From Candidatus Eiseniibacteriota bacterium (GTDB lineage Bacteria > Eisenbacteria > RBG-16-71-46), in NCBI GenBank assembly GCA_038231135.1, contig JBBRLX010000004.1, positions 96,001 through 160,000 on the forward strand: a stretch of 64,000 nucleotides of DNA, in the 5' to 3' direction. Positions 11,803 to 22,200 of the stretch are shown here, in pieces. Below the pieces are notes generated by a model that made no database searches, was not told where the DNA came from, and saw only the letters and a list, made by a program, of their open reading frames with translations. Positions within the stretch are counted from its first letter, which is position 1, and each line of letters opens with the position of its first letter. Made by a program: the position numbers and the translations under genes.

Positions 11803-12336
11803 GTGATGTCTTTGCAGCGACCGACGAGACTGCTCCTGTACGGGGCAGTCTTCGTTTTGGTGGCGGGGGTGGCCGGCTGCGGTTACAGCACGAGCCCCGC
11901 GCTGCTGCCGACCCACCTCAAGACCGTGGCGATCCCGGTGTTCGAGAACGAGACCAGCGAGTACACGCTCGAGCAGGACATCACGAACGCCGTGGTGCAG
12001 CGGTTCGTCGCCGACAATCATCTCAAGGTGGTCGACGAACGCGTGGCGCAGGCGGTGATCAAGGGCAAGATCAAGACCTACCGCAATTCCGTGTTCGGCA
12101 TCTCGGCCGGCACCACGCGGGCCGAGGAGTACCGGGTCGCGATCACCGTGTCGGTGACGTTCAAGGATCTCGTCAAGAACCGCGAGCTGTGGAGCGAAGA
12201 GAACCTCGAGAAGACCGCCAACTACTACGTCACCGACGTACCGGGCCAGCCGGCCAAGACGGAGCTCGATGGACGCAAAGAAGCCATCACGAAAATCGCC
12301 GACGAAATCCTCAGCCGCTCCGTCCAGGGCTGGTAG
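11803..12336 (+). CDS. lptE: LPS assembly lipoprotein LptE family
   Basis: Lipobox VAG-C followed by GY; 'P.HLKTVAIPVFENET' typical of LptE-like proteins; adjacent to holA and leuS as in many diderms. Confidence 0.75.
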   Translation: MMSLQRPTRLLLYGAVFVLVAGVAGCGYSTSPALLPTHLKTVAIPVFENETSEYTLEQDITNAVVQRFVADNHLKVVDERVAQAVIKGKIKTYRNSVFGISAGTTRAEEYRVAITVSVTFKDLVKNRELWSEENLEKTANYYVTDVPGQPAKTELDGRKEAITKIADEILSRSVQGW

Positions 12337-13375
12337 CGGGGAGACGACCCCCGCGTCGCGCGCGGCGGGCCGTGGCGCGACTGCCGGCCGGGCGCGCAGC
12401 GCACCCCGGACGGCACCACGCGGCACCGGCGCCGGCTTCGCCGCCATGGTCGCGCGCTGGGAGCAGGGCACGTTCCCATCGTCGCTCTACCTCGAGGGCC
12501 CGAGCGAATCGATCAAGCACGCGCTGCTCGACGAGCTGAAACGCGCGTGGGTGGCCAGGCATTCCGGCGTGCTCGCGCGGGTGTATCGGGCCGCTGAAGC
12601 CGGCGTGGACCAGATCCTGGCTGCCTATCAGAGCACTTCGCTGTTCAGCTCGTCCGAGCTCTTGATCGTGCTCGACATCGAGGACCTCGGCCGCAGCGAG
12701 AAGAAGGTGCTGGCACTCGCCCAGGGCATCGAGTCGGGCGGCGGTGAGTCGTGCCTGGTGCTGCTCGAATCGGCCGGGGACAACGAGCGCAAGTCGCTCG
12801 CCCCGCTGCGGTCCGCATGCGGCGAGCACGTGCTCGCCGCGTCGCTTACCCGCACCGAGTTGCGCGCGTGGGGCGAGCGCACGCTCGCGCGCCAGCACGT
12901 GTCGGCCGGACCCGGCGCCGTGGACGCGATCGTGGATGCGTGCGAAGGCGACCCGCTGGCATTCTTCAACGAGCTCGAAAAACTATCGGCATGGGCCGGC
13001 GACGGCGGCCGCATCACCGCAGCCGACGTGGCCGAGCTGCTCAAGCCGGTCGTCGGCGCCGACCTGCCCGAATATCTGGGCGCCGTGGCACTCGGACACT
13101 CGAGCCTCGCCGCGCAACGCCTGGGGCGACTGCTCGCCGCCGGCGTGGGGGAGGGCACCATCCTGTTCGCCCTGTCGAACCTCGTGGGCGGCGCCATGGG
13201 TGGCTGGGCGCGCTGGCGGGACCTGTCGGGCGCCTACCGCCGCCGCATGTCGCCGGTCGAGCTGAACCGCGCGCTGGACGCCGTCTATCGGGCCGAGTCC
13301 GCGTGGAAGGGCGGGCGCGCCGATGTCGTGGCGCTGTTGGAGCAGACGACGCGGACGCTGAGCGGGGACGCGTAA
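12269..13375 (+). CDS. holA: DNA polymerase III delta subunit (HolA-like); start uncertain (12269 or the ATG near 12446)
   Basis: YLEGP, SLFSS..L.IV, 'GD...FNELEKL..W.....IT..DV' HolA pattern; synteny with lptE and leuS. Confidence 0.7.
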   Translation: MDAKKPSRKSPTKSSAAPSRAGSGETTPASRAAGRGATAGRARSAPRTAPRGTGAGFAAMVARWEQGTFPSSLYLEGPSESIKHALLDELKRAWVARHSGVLARVYRAAEAGVDQILAAYQSTSLFSSSELLIVLDIEDLGRSEKKVLALAQGIESGGGESCLVLLESAGDNERKSLAPLRSACGEHVLAASLTRTELRAWGERTLARQHVSAGPGAVDAIVDACEGDPLAFFNELEKLSAWAGDGGRITAADVAELLKPVVGADLPEYLGAVALGHSSLAAQRLGRLLAAGVGEGTILFALSNLVGGAMGGWARWRDLSGAYRRRMSPVELNRALDAVYRAESAWKGGRADVVALLEQTTRTLSGDA

Positions 13376-13448
13376 GCGGGTTTCCCGTAGCCGGACGCAC
13401 CGTCGCGTTGTGCTCTATTTGCAGTAGCCACGTCGTCCGGGTGCGGGC

Positions 13449-13470
13449 CAACTGGTTCCGGAACCAGTTG
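13449..13470. promoter_or_regulatory. Perfect 22-bp palindrome CAACTGGTTCCGGAACCAGTTG (candidate operator or hairpin)
   Basis: Exactly self-complementary with no spacer; intergenic between holA and leuS. Confidence 0.55.
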
Positions 13471-13503
13471 AGGCTCGCGGATCCGGACTTTCGACTCCCT
13501 CGC

Positions 13504-13532
13504 GTGACGCTCCCGCGCATTCCCGCTATTCT
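13504..13532 (+). promoter_or_regulatory. Putative leuS promoter GTGACG-N17-TATTCT
   Basis: 17-bp spacing; ATG lies 9 nt after the -10 box; no Shine-Dalgarno. Confidence 0.5.
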
Positions 13533-13541
13533 TCCCGCCTC

Positions 13542-15980
<2,439 letters not shown>

Positions 15981-16192
15981 TCGTGCGGTTCGTGGCGGCG
16001 CTGGTATAGTTGCGGTTGCTCCCGACGAAACAAAACGCGACTCGTGACCCGATCCTCCGGAGGTAGTAGCGGCCCAATGGCTTCCCTGTCGAAGAGTTAG
16101 ACGCAAGGGAAGAGCCGGCGATCGCCGGTACGTGACATCGCGCCCGCGGTGCCACCGTCGCTTGGGAAACCGCCTCCGAGGAGTCCTCGTTC

Positions 16193-17020
16193 ATGAACGG
16201 GAAACTGCCGCCACCGCTCACCGCGCCCGCCTGGGGCGTGCTCGCATTGCTGATCCTGCCCCTGATTCCAATCGCGAACGCCCGCGGAGACACGTTCTTC
16301 TCCGACGATTTCAACGGCTCGACGCTCGACGCGACCAAGTGGGAAACCACGATCGCCACCACCGGCGTCCGCTACATCGCGGGGGTCTGGACGATGCCGC
16401 CCGCGGACGCCCACTACGGCTCGATCGCCGTGCACGACTCGTGCGTATCGCTGACCAACACCTCGCCAACGCCATCGAGCCCGATGTTTCCCCTGATCTG
16501 GACCAACAAGGCATTCCCCGAACAGGGCGACTTCGAGATCGAGTTCCGGATGCGTTACACGAGCGGCGGATACTGGGGCGATGGCATCCGCATCATTCGC
16601 ATGCCCACCCCATTCAACCCCACGCAGGGGGACAGCACGTCGGCGGTGGGTGAGTACGTCCTGATGATTCACCAGGACAATCTCGACTGCAAAGGCCCGA
16701 ACGTGAGCCTGCTGGGCCCGCCCGGCGAAGGCGGTCCGGATCTGCCGTTCAACACCGACTGGCACACCTACCGGATGCGCTACGAGTCCGACAAGGCCAC
16801 GGTCTACATCGACAACGTGTTCTACGCCGGCCCGGTCCCGACGCCGCGGCCGAATTCGATCCAGCTCGGAGTCGGCGAGGTCGAGTGCTGCGGAGACTCG
16901 TGCTCCGCCAACGGCTGCTGGTGGACGTCGTACAATCTCGACTACATCCACGTGAAGACGCTGGGCACGACCGCCGCGAAGACGTCGACCTGGGGCGCCG
17001 TGAAGGCCCGCTATCGCTGA
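16193..17020 (+). CDS. Secreted ConA/LamG-like beta-sandwich protein with C-terminal 'STWGAVKARYR' tail
   Basis: Signal peptide ending ANA/ARG; FSDDFNGSTLD..KW start; WHTYRM..E....VYIDN and LDYIHV lectin-like strands; GAGGAG RBS. Confidence 0.7.
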   Translation: MNGKLPPPLTAPAWGVLALLILPLIPIANARGDTFFSDDFNGSTLDATKWETTIATTGVRYIAGVWTMPPADAHYGSIAVHDSCVSLTNTSPTPSSPMFPLIWTNKAFPEQGDFEIEFRMRYTSGGYWGDGIRIIRMPTPFNPTQGDSTSAVGEYVLMIHQDNLDCKGPNVSLLGPPGEGGPDLPFNTDWHTYRMRYESDKATVYIDNVFYAGPVPTPRPNSIQLGVGEVECCGDSCSANGCWWTSYNLDYIHVKTLGTTAAKTSTWGAVKARYR

Positions 17021-17066
17021 GATCGCCGCGTCCCTCGGCCGCGGATCGGGAGGGACGCTGAAGCCT

Positions 17067-18089
17067 GTGAATCGATGTGGGAAGACTGCGGGCCCGGGAA
17101 CGCTTGGGGGGAAGAGCGCCCGGGCCGCCGTGTTGCTGGCGCTGTGCATGGGACCGTCGGCCGCCGCCTTCGCAGGTTCACCGGCGCCCGATCCAGCGTA
17201 CGTCGCCGCACCCGCCGCCGAGTGGTCGTTGATCGTCGACAATGACGACTTCAACTTCTGGCAGCCACCCGCCGACCGGCCCGACTTCGGCTACACCCAC
17301 GGCACCGAACTAGACGCCAGCCTGTCCAGGGCGCCGAAGTGGCTTGCGCGACACACGCCAGCCTGGCTGGACGGCGGCACCCAAAGCGGCCCCGCGCGCC
17401 TCGAGCTTCGCGCCGCGCAGCGCGTCTATTCCCCGTGGCGCCTGCCCGCTGACCGCCCGTATGCCGGCTGGCTCGAGCTCGCCTGCGGCCTGCGCCACGC
17501 AGCCGCCGGTAGCAACCGGGAAGCCATCCTGCATGTCGGCGTCACCGGCCCCGCGAGCCGGGCCGCCGCGATCCAGCGCTGGATTCACCGTCACTTCGAT
17601 CACGGCGCACTGCCTGACTGGAGCCACCAGCTTCCGCAGGAACTCGGCATCGGCATCGAGACGTCGGGAGCCCGGCGCACGTGGAGATCGGGCGGATCAT
17701 CCAGGTTCGCCGCAGCCGCCGGCCCCGAGTGGCGGGCAAGGCTCGGAACCTACGCCGTCGACCTGCGAGCCGGCCTGCAGACCGTAGCCGGCTGGAACGC
17801 CCCGGACGTGTGGGGAGACCCCACCACGCGATCCGGCCCCGCGTTCTACGCGATGCTAGCCGGCAGGACCGACCTGATTGTCCGCGACGAATTTCTGGAA
17901 GGCACCTGGTCACGACCGAGCCCCGGAGTGTCGGCCACACCGATCCCGTTGGTACCCGAACTAGAGACCGGCATCGGCCTGGGCGTAGGATCCGCGCGCC
18001 TGGAATGGCGAATCCACCGCCGCGCCAAGGAATTCCGACACCAACCCGAACTCCACACATATTCCACGTTGGCCCTGAGCTGGCGGTAG
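17067..18089 (+). CDS. Lipid A deacylase LpxR-family (DUF2219) outer-membrane protein; start uncertain
   Basis: DNDD....D..YTHG, DRPYAGWL, GVTGP.S.A..IQ..IH, W..QL and C-terminal 'KEF..Q...H.Y..L.LSW' match the LpxR family layout. Confidence 0.75.
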   Translation: MNRCGKTAGPGTLGGKSARAAVLLALCMGPSAAAFAGSPAPDPAYVAAPAAEWSLIVDNDDFNFWQPPADRPDFGYTHGTELDASLSRAPKWLARHTPAWLDGGTQSGPARLELRAAQRVYSPWRLPADRPYAGWLELACGLRHAAAGSNREAILHVGVTGPASRAAAIQRWIHRHFDHGALPDWSHQLPQELGIGIETSGARRTWRSGGSSRFAAAAGPEWRARLGTYAVDLRAGLQTVAGWNAPDVWGDPTTRSGPAFYAMLAGRTDLIVRDEFLEGTWSRPSPGVSATPIPLVPELETGIGLGVGSARLEWRIHRRAKEFRHQPELHTYSTLALSWR

Positions 18090-18147
18090 CCGGAGGAAGG
18101 GAGCCAAAGGCGACCCTGACCCCGTAATGGGGGAGCAGCGTTATCCA

Positions 18148-18195
18148 ACATTATGCAAACCTATCCGGCAAAGCCCGGATAGGTTTACATAATGT
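18148..18195. repeat. 21-bp inverted repeat (one mismatch) with 6-nt loop, overlapping the dif-like site
   Basis: ACATTATGCAAACCTATCCGG (18148-18168) pairs with CCGGATAGGTTTACATAATGT (18175-18195). Confidence 0.9.
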
Positions 18196-18209
18196 ATCTT
18201 ATGCGACAT
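18182..18209 (-). other. dif: dif-like XerC/XerD recombination site
   Basis: Minus strand reads ATGTCGCATAA-GATACA-TTATGTAAACC, an 11-6-11 layout like E. coli dif (GGTGCGCATAA-TGTATA-TTATGTTAAAT). It is an AT-rich island between convergent genes, and gene orientation flips here. Confidence 0.85.
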
Positions 18210-18248
18210 GCATCTCCAGCGACCCACGGGCCGCCGAACCCACTTCAT

Positions 18249-18992
18249 CTACTCGTCCATCTTCTTCCACACCCGTTTGAACTCCACCGCCGGGCGATCA
18301 CCCATGGCCGGGATGCTGATCACGGACACTAGTTCCGTTCCGCCGCCCTCCTCCATGATCCGCTGCGTCGGCCCCGGCCGGTTCGCGCTACCCGGCCGCG
18401 TCACGATCAGCGTGTCGCCCTGCCAGGTGCCGCTCATCACCCGGGCGCCGGGTGCGTGCGCCAGCGAGTCGGGAGCGCCGTCGAGGGTCGTGATCTCCTC
18501 GAGCACCGTGCCCGTGGAATCCTCGAAGCTCACGAGCGTCTCGGTTTGCGTGACGTGCATCACGTCGGGCAGCCGTACGGGGCGAGCTGCGCCTTCGGGT
18601 CGCGCACCTCCCTGTGCTGCGTCGCCGTCGGCACCGCCGCCACCGCCGCCACGCGCGCCGCGGCCACCGCCACCGCCGCCGCGTCCGCCCCAACCACCAC
18701 CGCCGCCCATTCCACCGCCGCCACCACCCCAGCCTCCACCGCCGCCGCCACGCCCACCGCGACCGCCGCCACCGAATCCGCCGCCACCACCGCCACCGCC
18801 GCCGCCACGACGCCCGCGCTCGCCGGAGCCGCCACCACCGCCGGGTCCCGGCTCGGCGTCGCTGTGCTTCGCATCGAGCCGCCACATACCCGTGAGATTG
18901 GGTGGGCCCGCCGCGTCGTCGGCACGGACACGTGTCGCTGAAGCAGGGAACATCACGGCCAGGGCCACGACAGCCAGCAACGATCGGCGCAT
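18249..18992 (-). CDS. Secreted protein with long Gly/Arg-rich low-complexity insert
   Basis: Signal peptide MRRSLLAVVALAVMFPASA; PNLTGMWRLD strand; about 70-aa GGGRGG tract; folded C-terminal part ending RVWKK. Confidence 0.7.
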   Translation of the reverse strand: MRRSLLAVVALAVMFPASATRVRADDAAGPPNLTGMWRLDAKHSDAEPGPGGGGGSGERGRRGGGGGGGGGGFGGGGRGGRGGGGGGWGGGGGGMGGGGGWGGRGGGGGGRGARGGGGGGADGDAAQGGARPEGAARPVRLPDVMHVTQTETLVSFEDSTGTVLEEITTLDGAPDSLAHAPGARVMSGTWQGDTLIVTRPGSANRPGPTQRIMEEGGGTELVSVISIPAMGDRPAVEFKRVWKKMDE

Positions 18993-19188
18993 GCGAAACC
19001 TCCGTGAGATCAGTGGGGCGAAGGCTCGAAACGCTAGCACCGGATGCCCATGCTACGTAGCGCCGATTGCCATGCGCGCGCAGAGTTTTCGCACGACTGA
19101 CACGGGGGTATTCATGTCGCGATTCTGACGAACGATGACGAATGCTTACATGAGCATGATCATGTGGGTGCGCTGCGCGTACCCACAG

Positions 19189-19218
19189 CGAAGGCCGGCC
19201 CTTGCGGGCCGGCCTTCG
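19189..19218 (-). terminator. GC-rich hairpin downstream of the giant beta-helix gene
   Basis: Perfect 13-bp stem CGAAGGCCGGCCC/GGGCCGGCCTTCG with a GCAA tetraloop on the minus strand, 27 bp after the stop; no clear U tract. Confidence 0.6.
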
Positions 19219-19245
19219 ACTGCGTTCGATGAACCCTGCTGCCGA

Positions 19246-22200
19246 CTATCTCGCCAGCACCACGCGCTGAACGAAATTCTTGCCGGGCGTTTCGAAGCGG
19301 ACGAAGTAGACCCCCATCGGCACCGTCCCGCGGTCCGACCGTCCATCCCACGTGATCTGATAGCGGCCCGGCTTGAAGGCGCCCTGAGCCAGCGTCGCCA
19401 CCGTCCGGCCCTGCAGATCCAGCACGATCAGCCGCACCCTCGCGTCCCGCGCGACCGAGAACTCCATATTCATCGGCCCCGTGGTCGGGTTCGGCCGCGC
19501 CGCACTCATCGCGAACTCTCGCGGCAGCGCCGCCTCGGCCTTGACCGGTCCGAACACCGCCTGCGTGCCGGTGTTGGTCGTCGCCACCAGGCGGTACCAG
19601 TAGCTGCGGCCCGCGACCGCCGTGTTGTCCACGACCACCGTCGCGCCGCTCTCGTCGTGACGATCGCCCAATACGGCGAGCCACGGCCCCGTTTCGATTT
19701 CGGAGCGCTCGAGACCGACCACGGTGAACAATCCGCCCTTCAGCGACCAGTGCACCGTAACGCCCGCGTCCGACGCCTCGGCATCGAATCTCGACAGCAG
19801 GACATCGGTCGGGCCCGGATCGATCGTGAACGTCGCGTCGCTCACGTCCGAAATCGTATTGCCGCCGTCGTCGATGCCCTCGACACGGAACAGCGCCGTG
19901 GTCGTCATCGGCCCGGTCACGTTCCACGTCAGCGAACCGTCGTTATCCGTGACGCCGCCCGGGGAATCCGGGGTGACGATCGGTGAGTACGTGGCGCCGT
20001 TATCCCTCGACAGCAACAGCTTCACCTTTCCCGGAGGCACTCCCCCGCCGACGATCGTCGCCGACCACACCAGCTTCACGTCGGAGCCGATTAGGAAGTC
20101 CTCCCCACCATTCGGGAAGATCACGGTGACCGAGGATCCGCCGAGCGTCCCGCTGCACGCCGGTGAGCCGGTGATCGAACCGTTCAACCACGGATGGAAG
20201 CTCGTCGTTCCGGTGACCGGGCTGCCCGTGCCACCCGGGTTCAACCCGGTGGTCGGACCGGTCACGCTGCCCCACCAGTTGCAGGTGGCGTCCAGCTGTC
20301 CCGGCCCCGAGTAGCCGCTGATCACGCCCACGCCGTACTGGGTGTCGTTGACCAGGTCGTTGTGGTTGATCTTGATGTTGCTGTTGTCGCCGTACCCGTA
20401 GCCGTCGTCTTCGACCCGGACACCGCGCATGTTGTTCTTGATGAAGTTGTCCTTCACCACCACGGCCGTGCAGGCACCGGTGAACGCGAGCCCGGTGGCG
20501 CCCGCGGGCAGCGAGGTCGTGATCGTGTTGGCGCTGAACGTCCCGGTCGTGATCGAGATCGTGTAGACGCCGTAGGTGTCGTGCACGTTGTTGGACTGGA
20601 ACACCAGGCTCTTGTGCACGCCCGCCGCCGTCGCCGCGAAGATCACCGGGTTGTTGTCGGTGTGGCCGGTGAACTCGTTGGTCTTGACCGTCAGCTTGTT
20701 CGTGTACTCGGAATAGATGCCCGAGCCGCCCGACGGGCCGGGCAGGTTGTTGGCCTTGATCAGGTTGCAGGTGATCGCAGACGCGTCGCTGCAGTTCGCG
20801 TAGATGCCGATCGTGTTGTTGGTGATCACGTTGTTCACGACCGACAGGCTCTTGTTGGCCGCGGACATCACGACACCGGCGTTCCCGCCGTTCTGGCCGT
20901 TGATGACCTTGAAGCCGTCGAGCGATGCGCCGTCGGCGACGAGCGTCACGGCGGCTCCCGTGAAGTTGCCGTCGATGATCGTCTCCGGACCCCGCGCCCC
21001 GCCGTTCGCCGCGCACTTGCCGGCATTGTTACCCTGCAGCTTGACCCCCTTGTTGACGACCACGTTCTCCTGATACGTGCCCGCCGGCGCGAAGATGATG
21101 TGGCCGGCAAGCGTCTGGGGAGCGTCGATCGCCTGCTGGATGGTCGGGTACGTGCGCGAGGTCGTGAGATTCACCACCCGGAACACGCCGATGCACGCCG
21201 CCGGACCGGTGCTCGATGCGTTGAGCCACGGCTGGAAGTTCGTGGTCCCGAGAATCTGGCTGCCCGTGCCACCCGGGTTCAACGGCCCGCTCGGACCGCT
21301 GACGCTGCCCCACCAGTTGCAGGTGGCCAGCAGTTGCCCCGGCCCCGAATAGCCGCTGATCACGCCGAGCCCGTACTGGGAGTCGTTGACCAGGTCGTTG
21401 AACCGGACCGTGATGTTGTTGCTGGACCCGTAGCCGTAGCCGTCGTCCTCGATCCGGACGCCGCGCTTGCTGTTGTTGATCACGTTGTTCCTGACCGTCA
21501 CGTTCGTGCAGGCGCCGGCGAACGCGAGCGCCGTGGCCCCCGCGGGCAGCGACGTCGTGATCGTGTTGTTCTGGAACGTCCCGGTCGCGATCGAGATCGT
21601 GTAGACCCCGTACGTGTCGTGCACGTTGTTCCCCAGGAATTGCAGGGAGTTGTGCACGGCCGGGCCCGTCGCTGCGAAGATCACGGGGTTGTTGTCGGTG
21701 TGTCCCGTGAGCTCGTTGGTCTGGACCGTCAGGTTGTTGGTGTACTCGGAATAGATGCCCGCGCCGCCCGACGGGCCCGGCAGGTTGTTCGCCTTGATCA
21801 AATTGCAGTAGATCGACGACGCGTCGCTGCAGTTCGCGTAGATGCCGATCGTGTTGTCGTCGATCACGTTGTTCAGCACGCCCAGGTTCTTGTTGGCCGC
21901 GCTCATGAACACGCCGGCGTTGCCGCCGTTCTGGCCGTGAATGACCTCGAACCCGTCGAGCGTGGCGCCATCGGCGGCGAGCGTCACCGCGGCGCCCGTG
22001 AAGTTGCCGTCGATGATCGACTCGGGCCCGCGCGCCCCGCCGTTCGCCGCGCAGGCGCCGGCATTGGCGCCCTGCAGCGTGACCGACTTGTTGACGAAAA
22101 CGTTCTCCTGGTACGTCGCGGGGCCGGCCTGGATGGTGTGCCCGTCCAGGGTCTGCGGCGCATCGATCGCCAGCTGAATGGTCGGGTACGTCAGGCCGGT

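Noticed and set aside
18208..19128. Proline-rich 306-aa ORF on +
   Set aside because: Antisense reading of the Gly tract; the minus-strand ORF has a signal peptide and an RBS-like GGAGG.
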